From positions 46,996,001 through 47,060,000 of the forward strand of contig CM069141.1 of the NCBI GenBank assembly GCA_035221665.1: a stretch of 64,000 nt of DNA, read 5' to 3'. The notes under the pieces were generated by a model. It saw nothing but the letters and a program-made list of their open reading frames with translations. It was not told the origin of the DNA and ran no database searches. This DNA comes from Okamejei kenojei. Lineage: Eukaryota. Made by a program: the position numbers and the translations under genes. The number at the start of each line of letters is the position of its first letter. Position 1 is the stretch's first letter. Below, piece by piece: positions 1-11,959 of this stretch.

Positions 1-60
1 ACCAATGGGAAGCTGAAGTCCACAGATGGATCCATTGCCCCCCTCCTCCATCCCCGAATA
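1..60 (+). promoter_or_regulatory. 3' part of the Pcdh promoter block (downstream half of CSE) for gene 1
   Basis: accaatgggaagctgaagtccacagatggatccattgcccc matches the sequence that directly follows CGCTGTCT in the other promoters; the CGCT core lies just outside the window. Confidence 0.75.
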
Positions 61-249
61 AAACGTCGGATCCGAAGAGGAAGGCGAGCAGTCTCTGCAA
101 TTTATCGCGTTATCAAGCTGCAGAGGATATATTCTCTGTCTTTTTCGACTCGGCAATTAGAATATATATGTTTCTATTTCGTGGAAAGAACAGTTTTACC
201 GATTAGTCGAGGATTGGCTTGGTTTTCAGCATTAATCGAATGCGGAACA

Positions 250-2654
250 ATGGCGTATCTACCGAGGTTTCCATTCAACATGTTTACAATTCATGTTTCT
301 GATAAAAAAAATTATGTGCACCGGATATAATTTTACGGGCAAATTCGTTATTCTATTCCCGAGGAAATGGAGGAAGGGGCATTTGTTGGGAATATTGCTC
401 AAGATCTGGGACTGAATGTACGGCAATTGTCAGCTCGCAAATTTCGATTGAGCTCCGATGACGGAGGGCGCTACCTGAAGGTTAGTTTGGACAATGGAAT
501 ATTATCTATTCGTGAAAGAATCGATAGAGAACGTATCTGTAGACAAGCCGAAATGTGTACCGTGTCTTTTAAAACAACACTGGAAAATCCCTTGAAGGTG
601 TACCGCGGGGAATTAGAGATTCTTGATGTCAATGATAATTCCCCCGGTTTCAGAGATGGTAGCATCGCCTTACAGATATCGGAAGCGAGTGCACCGGGGT
701 ACGCTTCCGTTTTCGAGAGGGCGGAAGATCCCGATATTGGAATCAATACCGTCGCCGCCTACACGATCAGTTTCACCGAGTACTTTAGTATAAAAACACG
801 CAGAACTGCGAACGATGTTCTCATACCAGAGTTGCTGTTAGATAAACCTTTGGACCGAGAGCTGCAATCTTCTTTTCAGCTCTTGCTTACAGTGACAGAC
901 GGTGGGACTCCTCAGAGATCAGGGACAGCTCAGATTCTCGTTACTGTTTTGGACATTAATGATAATGCGCCAGCGTTTGATACTGACATCTATCGGGTCA
1001 GCGTAAGCGAGGACGCGCCACATGGTACCTTGGTGATGAAGGTCAAATCAAATGATTTGGACGAAGGTCTGAATGCTGAGATAACATATAGTTTTAGTGA
1101 TGTTGATTTGCGACGAACGCGTAATGTATTCAGTTTAGATCCAGACAGTGGGGAAGTTCGAGTCGATGGGCCCTTGGATTTTGAAGAAGCAAACAGCTAT
1201 TCCCTTGATGTTCAAGCTGTGGACCACGGTTCACCTGCAATGACAGGACATTCTAACGTGCTGATCAATGTAATCGACGTGAACGATAACGCACCGGAGA
1301 TTAAAGTGCCATCAGCTTCCAACAAAATCCCGGAAAATGCTCCACCAGGAACATTCATAACGTTTATCGATGTTATCGATCGTGATTCTGGAGAGAACGG
1401 TCAAGTCCGCTGTTTGTTACCCAAGAACCTTCCCTTCAGACTACAAACAGCATCGTAACATTATACCTTGGTTTACCAGTGAAACGTTGGACCGTGAAGT
1501 GATTTCTCAGTAATAAATTACTATTTCGGGCATGGGACTTGGGATCGCCTTCACTGTCGTCAAATAAAACCATCCATATTGCAATAACCGATGTAAACGA
1601 TAATGCCCCGCGGTTTCTGAATCATCCTACAGCGTATATGTGATGGAGAATAACGCTCCGGGTGCATCCATTTTCGCAGTAACAGCACAAGATCTTGATC
1701 TGGAGCAGGAATTCCTATATTCCTATTCTTTTGTGGACAATTACATCCAAAACCTACCAGTGTCTACTTACCTGACTATTAACTCCAAATGAATGGTACC
1801 ATTAATATGTTGCGTTGTTTTGACTATGAGGAACTCAAGCAGTTCCAGATCCTTGTACTAGCGCGTGATGCGGGGTTGCCTCCGCTTAGCAAGCAGCGCC
1901 ACTGTGAATGTGCATCCTCGATCAAAATGATAAACTCGCCGGTACTTGTTTTTCACCTTCAGAACAAAGTGGATCAGCAGCAGAGAGGGCCTTCCCCGAT
2001 CAGCGCGTCAAGGGTACTTGGTCACCAAGATAATGGCAACTGATGAAGATTCTGGTCAGAATGCACGGATCTTTTATCAGATGGTGAAATCTACCGATCC
2101 CACTTTGTTCACCGTTACGAAAAATTCAGGTGAAATCAGAACAGCGCGCCGTATTTTGCAGACAGATACTCCTGTACACACGCTGGTCATCTTGGTTAAG
2201 GACAATGGGCAGCCGAGCCTGTCCAGTACAGTTACAATGAACATTAGAGTTTTGGAGAACAGTACTGAAGGGATCACGGAAAGCAGCACCTTGGTGAAAA
2301 ATCCGGTATATTTTCTCTGATCCAAATGTGTATTTAATCATCATTTTCGTTGCACTTCCGTTGCCTTTCTTCTGATCATCGTTCTGTTGATTGGCATCAA
2401 GTGTAAACAGGACAGAAGTATTATCCAAGGGTATAAACACCCCCAGTTATTGTTACAATCGTGGAGATTCGCAAGATATGTATAAAGGAAGGCCTGCGAT
2501 GGAGGAAACTTTACGCTATCCTGGTACAGGCCGGGGTAGTCCGCGTGCCGGAACCGCATCAATACTCGGTTTCTGCCTGTCTCCAGAGTCAGCGAAAGTG
2601 ATTTTCTCTTTTGCAGCATGCGGTGCTCCCATGTCTCAGGAGTTATTAGAATGA
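250..2654 (+). CDS. Clustered protocadherin gene 1 (single exon, EC1-EC6, TM, short cytoplasmic tail); a few frameshifts, probably sequencing errors
   Basis: ggaacaATGgcg start at 250. ORFs 367-1458 and 1946-2320 contain DRE, DVNDN/DINDN, LDFEE and ATDEDSGQN cadherin motifs. EC1 has C-X5-C (ICRQAEMC), typical of clustered Pcdhs. TM and tail are colinear with gene 2. Confidence 0.85.
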
Positions 2655-2830
2655 CGAATGATGCGTAACCTTAAAGAAGTTGCATAATTATTTGCGATCA
2701 TTTTAATCTCGGGGCATGTGAATCATTTGTGAGTGAGATATTTAAGAAAATATTTAGTTTGTGCATTTTTTGCGCCTTTGTTTAAAATAATGCATTTGTT
2801 GTAATGGTTAAAAATATATAACTTTTAGGA

Positions 2831-2836
2831 AATAAA
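2831..2836 (+). terminator. Candidate polyadenylation signal AATAAA, positionally conserved after genes 1-5
   Basis: The context atatataa(c/t)tt(t/c)agN-AATAAA-..ccatcg recurs at 2831, 8339, 16298, 24948 and 30637. Confidence 0.55.
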
Positions 2837-3084
2837 TTCCCATCGTCTGAGAGCGGAATCTGTCAACTGTGAAATAAGTCACATTGCCTATCATTGAACG
2901 ACGTGCAAATATACATTGCTATAGGATCAATTACATTCAGGGATGCTAATCCATTTACTTGTTTAAAGTAAATAAAGAATCAAAAACCTTGTCATCAGCA
3001 TATTCCATACGGAGTGTTGAAAGTTACAGAGCATATAACTAAATAATAAATTTAGATGACGCAAAATTAAAATATAAAATGAAC

Positions 3085-3290
3085 CAGAAACACAAGAAAT
3101 TGCGGATTCTAAAATATTTGTACTAAAGAAAACGAGCTGGCGGGAAACGCGTCAGGTGTGGCAGGGATATGGACAGATAACAGATGGACAGATATGAAGA
3201 AGGGTCTCGACCCGAAACGTCGCCTATCTCCTTCGCTCCTTAGATGCTGCTGCACCCGCTGAGTTTCTCCAGCTTTTTTGTGTACCTGGA
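3085..3290. repeat. Penelope-associated palindromic short repeat with hammerhead-like core
   Basis: gaagaagggtctcgacccgaaacgtcgcctatctccttcgctccttagatgctgctgcacccgctgagtttctccagc is the same family as 56615-56799. Confidence 0.6.
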
Positions 3291-3432
3291 CAGATAACAT
3301 TCGGGTCTTGACCCTTCCTCCGAACTGGACAAGGGGATATTAGAAGAAGAGGTGAATGAAAGGATTCGCAGTAAGAGGTGGATGAAAGTGGTGAAGGAAG
3401 TGGAAACCAGCAAACGAAGTGTTGGTTGGCAG

Positions 3433-3875
3433 ACCATAAGATCATAAGTGATAGGTGTAGAATTCGGCCATTCGATCCATCAAGTACCCCGCCATTGAGC
3501 CATCATGGCTGATCTATCTCTCCACCCTTACCCCATTCTCCTGGCCTTCTCCTCATAACCTCGGGCACCCTTACTAATCAAGAATTCTATCTATCATTGC
3601 CTTAAATATATCCACTGACGTTGACTCCACCACCTTCTGTGGCAAACAAAATCCACAGATTCACCAGCCTTTGACTAAAGAAATTCCTCCTCGTCTCCGT
3701 TTTTATAAAAGGTAGGTCTTTTAATCCTGAGGCTATGACCTCTAGTCCTGGACTCTCCCACTAGTGGAAACATTCTCTCCACATCCACTCTATCCAAGCC
3801 TTTCACTATGTACTTTTCAATAAGTCCCCTCCCCCCCCCTCATTCTTCTAAACTCCAGCGAATATAGGCCAGTGC
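3433..3875 (-). mobile_element. CR1/HER1-type LINE 3' fragment
   Basis: cataagatcataag tail, ggccattcg..ccc and ctagtcctggactctcccactagtggaaaca, homologous to the 3' ends at 17336 and 61174. Confidence 0.7.
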
Positions 3876-4628
3876 GTAAAACTCTGCCTCTGTGCTACCC
3901 TGACCGAATCAATCATAAACTAAACATTGTTGAGTTGTGGCGTTGTAAACAACACTAGGATATTTTGAAGCGATCATTTGAATTCCTCGTGCATACGTTC
4001 AAATTCAAATTCACGAGGAATGTTCGATGGACAGCAGCGGATTTCGCAGATTTCATCAACAAGCCAATTCCTGTCAAAACACATGACGCATCTTCAGGAT
4101 ACATGGAATAATGACATAAGTTACAAACAAGGCAATGCGGATGTTGGTTTACCAAGGGAAGACGTTAAACGCCAGAGTAAATCAATGAGTCAGGCAGCGT
4201 CCCGAGATAACTTGGATAGGTGCCGTTTTCGGGTCTGGACTCTTCCTCATATTGTCTGGTGAACGTCCCGACCTGAAACATCACATATCAAAGGACATAA
4301 GTTGTTGGGTATTTCAATCTCAGAGATCCGACCATCCCTAAATAACATGCCGAAAAATATTTCAGAATGTTACATCATCTTGATCACTGTAAGGTGTCTT
4401 GGAAGAATATTAACCTTCGATTTCACCACGATAAACGCGTACTTCCATTCCAAGTTGGGCTCACTGCAGTCAGAGTAATTTGAAGAATATATCTGCGCAG
4501 TCGTACTCAGTCTTTGGCGCTTCTTCACTTTTCAAACTTAATTCCATCCAAGAAAATGACATTAGTAATTAAATATTTGGTTTGTTAACATTAGCCGGGA
4601 CGTTTATATCTATACAGCAAGTAACCCA

Positions 4629-4946
4629 GGGCGGACAGGGTGACGCACCGGCAGAGTTGCTGCCTTACAGCGCCAGAGACCCGAGTTCGATCTTGACTAC
4701 TGGTGCTCTCTGTACACGAGTTTGTATGTTCTTGCCGTGACTTGTACAGGTTTTCTCCGGGCGCGCCGGTTTCCTTCCATACTCAAAAGACGTCATGATT
4801 TGTAGGCAAATTGCCTCGGTAAAATTGCACATTGTCCCCAATGTGTGTGTAGGATAGTGTTAGTGTGCAGGGATCGCTGGTCAGCGCGGTGTTGGTGGGC
4901 CAAAGCGCCTTTTTACGCGTTATATCTCGAAACTAAAGTAAACTAA
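4629..4946 (+). mobile_element. tRNA-derived SINE (HE1/V-SINE-like)
   Basis: tRNA-like head (A box, B box gagttcgatc), central ggttttctccggg..ccggtttcct core, (aaact) tail. A paralogous copy lies at 12743-13030. Confidence 0.75.
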
Positions 4947-5489
4947 GTCAAATCGCGAAACAAAAGAGTCGACACAAGGTGAGGCTATTCACCATTTCGA
5001 TGTTCCCAAATGAATCTGGAAGTATCTAAGGTAGACCAATGTAACACTGTATTGTAGTCTCCGCCTTGCTTTCCCATGTATGACCAAAAGCGCACAAGCC
5101 TTCAATGTTTGGTCTTTCCTAGGATCCTTCTTTACGCAATTACTTAACACGTTTACCTCAGTCTCGTAACTGTACATCATTTTTTAGTATCTCGAAAAGC
5201 TAATTTATTTTAAGCCATTACAAACTGTTCCTGAAACCATTCATTCCATGGTCGACAGCAAGGTGGTGATGGAGGACCACTGAAGATTTACCTCTATAAC
5301 ATGCTTTATCAAACTAGAAGTCATTTACGAATCAAGAATAACAATTCATAAACTCCATGTGGAACAACGCCCGTTGTAACATATCAGGTCAAATTGCCCC
5401 GTAATCGCGAATACTAGGACATTTGAAGATATATGCTGAAAACAAAATTGAAGCGTTCAAGGACTACTGTACAGCTTAAGAATTATAGC

Positions 5490-5531
5490 TGCAGTTGCCG
5501 AAAAAAACTGGTTGTGTCGCTGTCTACCAAT
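5490..5531 (+). promoter_or_regulatory. Pcdh conserved sequence element (CSE; CTCF site) of gene 2
   Basis: TGCAGTTGCC-n-GGTTGTGTCGCTGTCTACCAAT about 250 bp upstream of the ATG. The CGCT core with an upstream TGCAG module matches the known Pcdh CSE. Confidence 0.8.
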
Positions 5532-5779
5532 GAGAAGCTGAAGTACACAGATGGATCCATTGCCCCTCCTACATCCCAGAATAAAAACGACAGACCCGAA
5601 GCGAAAGGCGGGCAGTCTCTGCGTTTTTATCGTGTTATCAAGCTGCGGAGGATGTTTTAACCCTGCCTGTTTCGACTAGGCAATTAGAATATATATGTTT
5701 CTATCTCGTGGAAAGAACAGTTTTACCGATTAATTTAGGACAGGCCTGGTTTTTTCGATATTAAATTGAATGCGGAAAG

Positions 5780-8170
5780 ATGGCGTACCTACGGAGGTTT
5801 CCTTTTAACGTGTTTGCATTCATGCTTCTGATATGTGAACAGGATCTAATTTCCGGGCAAATTCGTTATTCTATTCCCGAGGAAATGGAGCAAGGGGCAT
5901 TTGTTGGGAATATTGCTCAAGATTTGGGACTGAATGTACGGCAATTGTCAGCTCGTAAATTTCGACTGAGCTCCGATGACGGAGGGCGCTACATGAAGGT
6001 TAGTTTGGACAACGGAATATTATCTATTCGTGAAAGAATTGATAGGGAACGTATTTGTAGACAAGCAGAAATATGTACCGTGTCTTTTGAAACGACACTG
6101 GGAAATCCCTTGGAGGTGTACCGCGGGGAATTAGATATTCTTGATGTCAATGACAATCCCCCCACTTTCGGAGATGGCAGCATCGCCTTACAGATATCGG
6201 AAGCGAGTGCACCCGGGGTGCGTTTCCGTCTCGAGAGAGCGGAAGATCCCGACATTGGAATCAATACCGTCTCCGCCTACACGATCAGTTTCACCGAGTA
6301 TTTTAGTATAAAAACACGTAGAACTGAGAGCGATGTTCTCATACCAAGAGTTGCTGTTGGATAAACCTTTGGACCGAGAGCTGCAATCTCTTTTCAGCTC
6401 TTGCTTACTGCGACAGACGATGGCACTCCTCACAGAACAGGCACAGCTCAGATTCTCATTACTGTATTCGACATTAATGACAACGCGCCGGTGTTTGATC
6501 GTGATATTTACAGGGTCAGCGTAAGCGAGGACGCACCACGTGGTACCTTGGTGATGAAAGTCAAAGCAAACGATTTGGACGAAGGGCTGAATGCTGAGAT
6601 AACGTATTCTTTTAGTGATGTTGATTTGCGAAAAGCGCGTAATTTATTCAGTTTAGATCCAGATAGTGGGGAGGTTCGAGTTGAAGGGCCTTTGGATTTT
6701 GAAGACACAAACAGCTATTCTCTTGATGTTCAAGCTGTGGACCACGGTTCACCCGCAATGACAGGACATTCTAACGTGCTGATCCAGGTAAATGACGTGA
6801 ACGATAACGCACCCGTGATTAAGGTGACATCAGCTTCCAACAAAATCCCGGAAAATGCACCTCCAGGTACATTCATAACCTTCGTTGATGTTATGGATCG
6901 TGATTTTGGGGAGAACGGTCAAGTTCGCTGCGAGTTACCCAAGAATATCCCCTTTAGACTACAGACATCGTCGAACAATTATAAGTTAGTTACCAGTGAA
7001 ACGTTGGACCGTGAAGGGATTTCTGAATATCGATTACCAATTTCAGCATGGGACCTAGGGTCACCTTCACTATCCTCTAATAAAACCATCCGCATTACAA
7101 TAACCGATGTAAACGATAACGCCCCGTGGTTTGCTGAAACATCCTACAACGTATATGTGATGGAGAACAATGCACCCGGCGCATCGATTTTCGTATTAAC
7201 TGCACTAGATCCTGATGTGGAGCAGAATTCCTATGTTTCTTACTCTTTTGAGGAAAATTTCATCCAAAATCTACCAGTGTCCACTTACCTGGCCATTAAC
7301 AACATGAACGGTACCATTTATGGGTTGCGGTCCTTTGACTATGAGGAACTCAAAAACTTCCAGATCCATGTACAAGCCCGTGATGGTGGGGTGCCTCCGC
7401 TGAGTAGCAGCGCCATGGTGAATGTGATCGTCCTGGATCAAAACGACAACGCGCCGGTAATCGTTTCGCCTTCACATCAGAGTGGATCAGTAGCAGAGGA
7501 GGGCCTGCCCCTCTCAGCGGGTCAAGGGTACTTGGTCACCAAGATAATGGCAACTGATGCAGACTCTGGTCAGAACGCACGAATCTTTATCAGATGCTGA
7601 AATCTACCGATCCCACTTTGTTCACCGTTACGAGAAACTCCGGTGAAATCAGAACAGCGCGCCGTATTTTGCAGACAGATACTCATGTACACACGCTGGT
7701 CATCTTGGTGAAGGACAATGGGCAGCCGAGCCTGTCCAGTACTGTTACAATGAACTTAGAGTTTTGGAGAACAGTACTGAAGGAATCACCGAAAGCAGTA
7801 CATTGGTGAAAATCCAGGATATTTCTCTGATCCAAATGTTTATTTAATCATCATTTTCAGTTGCACCTCCGTTGCTTTTCTTCTGATCATCGTTCTGTTG
7901 ATTGGCATCAAGTGTAAACAGAACAGAAGTATTATCCAAGGGTATAACACCCCCAGTTATTGCTACAATCGTGGAGATTCGCACGATACGTTTAATGGAA
8001 GACCTGCGATGGAGGAAACGTTACGTTATCCTGGGACAGGCCGGGTAGTCCGCGTGCCGGAACCGCATCAATACTCGGTGTGCATGTCACCAGAGTTAGC
8101 GAAAAGTGATTTTCTCTTCTTGAAGCCACGCGGCGATCCCGTCTCAGGCCTAAAGTCTCAGGCGCAATGA
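5780..8170 (+). CDS. Clustered protocadherin gene 2 (best-preserved copy)
   Basis: ORFs 5780-6364, 6401-7600, 7594-7809 and 7898-8170 tile signal peptide, EC1-6, TM and a tail ending [12 protein letters not shown]. The breaks are single-base indels. Confidence 0.9.
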
Positions 8171-8965
8171 TGGGTAACCGCATGGAAGGGGCATCTTATT
8201 TGGCGGTCATTTAAATCTCGAGGAATGTGTATCATTCGTGAGTGAAATATTTAAGAAAATATTCATTTTGTGTATTTTTTCGTTTTCGTTTAAATAGTAC
8301 ATTTGTTAGTATGGTTAAAAAATATATAACTTTTAGCAAATAAAGTCCCATCGTCTGTGAGTGGGATCTGTCAACTGAGAAATACGTCTTATTTCCTATC
8401 ATTCAACGATGGACAAAAATACACTGCGCTCGGGTCAATTACATTAAGGTGCTGAATTAATTTACTTGCTTAAACTAGAAAATACAGGAGCAAAGTTCGT
8501 CCTTAGCATATTCCATTTGAAGCGCTGATAGGTACAGATGATATAACTAAGTAGCAAACTTAAATGACGGGAATTATATATAAAATGAACCAGAAACACA
8601 CGATGCGGATGCTGATATACAGTACAATATAATACGAGCTGGCGGGAGACTCATCAGATGGGGCACCAAATGTGCAGGGATGTGGACAGATAACCTTTCC
8701 GGTCGCGACGCATTTTCCAAACTGGACTATGATGGTAGAAAGAGGTGAATGAAAGTGGTGAGGCATGTGTCAGCAAGTAGAATTCATGAAAGGAAGAGTT
8801 GGTTGGCGGATGCAAATCAAAGCATAGAGATGGTCAGAGCGGGAGGTAACAGGTGAAAAAGAATGAGATGATGAAAACCGATAAGAAGGTTAAATGAGAA
8901 AGACAATATAAAGCAGGGTTCGTGGCTGGGTATTGGCAATTGAGGGGGGGGGGGGGGGGGGGGGT

Positions 8966-9006
<41 letters not shown>

Positions 9007-9177
9007 TGGAGATCAGAATGGAAATAGTGGTGGAGGAGCTGTGAAAAGGAATTTATGACTGGTAGAGGAGGAGTGGAAATAAAATATGTGCGTGAGAGGA
9101 CCCGTGTAGATCGTGACCTTCCACAATAAACGTCAGCGTCCACTGGGTTCGAATGTGCGCTAATTCGCATTCCTGAC

Positions 9178-9955
9178 TTTAGTTTTAGTTTAGATATACA
9201 GCGTGGAAACAGGCTATTCAGTCCACGGAGTCCACGACAACCATCGATCACCCCGTACATCAGCACTATCCTACAAACAGGGGACAATTTACCTATTTAC
9301 AGAAGCGAATTAATGTTCCCGATATTGGGGGGTGTTCTTCTTCTTCCTTCGTGTGGCGTGCACAGCCTAAAGTTGTTGGACAACTTGTTCTATTTGATCT
9401 TCTGTTTGTGCACGTCGAGTTGATTGCATTAGTCGAAACAGGGCGGACCACGTGAAGGTTGCAATCATCCACCCCATTGGGGGAGTCCAGAACCAGGGGC
9501 CACCGTTTAAGAATAATGGGTAAGCCATTTAGAACGGATATGAGGAAACAATTTTCACACAGAGAGTTGTGAACCTGTGGAATTCTCTGCCTCAGAGGGC
9601 AGTGGAGACAAGTTTTCTGGATACTTTCAAGAGAGAGCTAGATAGGGCTCTTAAAGATAGCGGAGTCAGGGGATATGGAGAGAATGCAGGAACGGGGTAC
9701 TGATTGGGGATGAACAGCCATGATCACAATGAATGGCGGTGCTGGCACGAAGAGCCGAATGGCCTACTCCTGCACCTATTGGCTATTGTCTATTTAGACC
9801 CGTACGTTTTTGGGGATGTGGGAGATATCTGGAGCTCCCGGAGAAAGCACACATGGTAACAGGGAGAATGTACACACTCCGTGTCTATAACACCCGTAGT
9901 CAGGATCAAACCCGGATAACTGGTGTTGTTAGGCAGCAACTCTACTGCTGCGCCT
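9178..9955. mobile_element. Nested repeats: minus-strand tRNA-SINE split by a plus-strand CR1 3' fragment, itself split by a ~140 bp short repeat (9335-9475)
   Basis: SINE tail at 9178-9312 and SINE head at ~9795-9955. CR1 'gttcccgatattgggg|gagtccagaaccagggg' is resumed at 9477. The inner element has a (CTT)n end and recurs at ~27430-27605. Confidence 0.65.
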
Positions 9956-10550
9956 GACCGAATCAATCCGGATATAAACATTGCTGAGTGATGGTAGTAG
10001 AAACAACACTGGAATATTTTGAAGCGTTTATCTTACTCTCTAGTGCATCAGTGCGTTCAAATTCATGAGTAATGTTCGATGGAAAGCAGTGGATATCCTC
10101 AGTGGCTCCATCAACAAAGTCAAAAGAGCAGATTCCAGTCAGAACACAAGAAGCATCTCTAGTATACAGAGAATAGTGGCAAAAGTTAGAAACAAGGAAA
10201 TGCGGATGCATGTTTACCAAGGAAAGACGCAAAATGCTGGATTAAATCAATAGGTCAGGCAGCATCATCGGAGAACTTCGATGGGTGCCGTTTCGAGTCG
10301 GGACTCTTCTTCATACTGTATGAAGAAAGGTCCCGACCCCAAACCTCACCTATCACAGGACATGGGTTGTTGGATATGGGAATCTGAGTAGATCAGACCC
10401 TCCCTAAATGACGAGCCGAAAATAATCAATTTTCAGAATCTTTTATCACTTTGATCACTGCAAGGTGTCTTTGGAAGAATATTAACCTACGTCTTCACCT
10501 CGACAAACGCATGCTTCCATACCAAGTTGCGCTAATTTTAGTCAGAGTAA

Positions 10551-11848
10551 CAAGCGAGTTCGGTATTCCGAATAACGCAAAGAATCATGGGATTTCTCAA
10601 AGGTCAAACGCTATGAATAAAAATCGAACGAAGCGCTGCAGATTCAGTGAGTATAGGTTTTTCAAGTTTGTATTTTTCAGGGGGCAGATAGAGGGGGCAG
10701 ACACGAGTGGGAGACGGGGGTGGGGAGACGGGGGGGGGGGGAGTTAGATCCGCCTCATCCACAGCCAGGATCGAACCCGCAATTACTGCAGAAACGCCAC
10801 TGGATTTTCCGCCCTCCCCCCCATCGAGTGTCCCAACCCCGCCCGATGGGCGGCCGGAGACGTCCGGACCGTCGGGGCACAGGCCCCCAGGCCCCGCCAG
10901 CGCACAGGAGCGCCAATCCCAGCTCACCCCCGCCTCTCCCTCCGGGCCAACCGACAGCCCGGACCAACGACACTAGGGGCCCCAGACCCACAGCCAGCAC
11001 GGTGAACTCACAGGCCCACAGCTAGCGCCAACTACAACTCAATCCCGCTGCAACTCCAGAGGAACCCGCTCCCCGATGGGCCGTTAAGGCGACAAGTGCC
11101 AGTTCGCCCACGGCCTGGCCGAGCTGCGCTCCCGAAGTACAAGCCAACCCAAGTACAAGCCATCATACGTGCACACCACCCGGTTCTGCCCCTACGGTAC
11201 CCGCTACCACTTCATCCACAACGCCGAGGAGGAGCGAGGGGCCCTGTCTCGCCTGCGTCAGAGCGCCAGCCTGGGCTTGGCCTCTTGGGCTACGCTGCGG
11301 GCAGCTTTCATCCGCGACCTGGAGTTAGAGCTGCCCCGGACTTTGGGTTTGGGGCTGGGCAAGGGAGGGGGCGGAGGTGCTGCTGCCGTCAGCCCCACCA
11401 TTTCCAGCGGGCTCCCGGCCTGCCCATGGCCGGCAGGAGTCCGTCCGCAGACTCTCGGACCAGGACGGCTGCAGCAGCAGCGGCTCCGAGTCGCCCATCT
11501 TCAGCAGGATCTCGGCGTCGGACTGAGGGGAGGTGGGTGGAGGTGGAGTGCTGCAGGTCAACCCGGCGGGACAGGCAGGGCCGAGCTGGAGTCAGCGGCT
11601 GCAGCACCTGCAGGTCCGGGGCTGCCCCGCCAGCCTAGGCCACCCCGGACAGGGACAGGACACCGGGGCGGGGACGGGGACGGCCCAGCAGCAATTCAAC
11701 AGCGCCCGCAGTGACGGAGAGCCGGGCCCGACCCCGACCACCGCCGAAACGCAAGCCTGCACACAATGCAGCACCACCGTTGCCGAGACTGTTTATAGCT
11801 AGTGACCTATCACTCGGGCATGCGCAGTCGGAATACGAAACTCACTTA
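10551..11848 (+). mobile_element. Non-autonomous TIR DNA element (1.3 kb) carrying a host gene fragment
   Basis: Left end caagcgagttcggtattccga; right end tcggaatacgaaactcactta (inverted, 21 bp, few mismatches). Joining the flanks gives cagagtaa|tttgaa, the empty paralogous site at ~4471-4484. Confidence 0.85.
11036..11526 (+). pseudogene. ZFP36: Captured, degenerate ZFP36/TIS11-family (ZFP36L1/L2-like) tandem CCCH zinc-finger fragment
   Basis: Translates across frameshifts to NSSR.., GDKCQFAHGLAELRS..PKYK, FCPYGTRYHFIHNAEEER, RLRQSASL, SDQDGCSSSGSESP and IFSRISASD*. These are the tandem zinc finger and C-terminal CNOT1-binding tail of the ZFP36 family; the exact paralog is uncertain. Confidence 0.85.
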
Positions 11849-11959
11849 TTTGAATATATCTTGGATACTTTGGAATGTCTTCGCCTCTAATTTAATTCCA
11901 ACCAAGATATCAACTGATGCCGAGAAAAGAAAAGGAGATTAGCAATTAAATATTTGTTT

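Noticed and set aside
471-746. Repeated antisense ORFs inside Pcdh genes (also 5989-6264, 2077-2325, 24186-24440)
   Set aside because: Shadow frames of the duplicated sense coding sequence; no independent evidence.
4629-4710. tRNA-like sequence
   Set aside because: SINE head with no complete cloverleaf; it continues into the SINE body.
5433-5660. Recurrent upstream ORF (KKLVVSLSTNEKLKYTDGSIAPP; also 13322-13561)
   Set aside because: It is just the translation of the conserved CSE promoter block. Frame and start are not kept in the other paralogs.
8171-8180. gg|gtaacc as a splice donor to constant exons
   Set aside because: It lies after the stop codon, is a weak match and is not conserved in genes 3-6.
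11096-11802. Long GC-rich ORFs (180-181 aa) as a novel gene
   Set aside because: The ZFP36 motifs are spread over different frames with stops; ORF length reflects high GC content.
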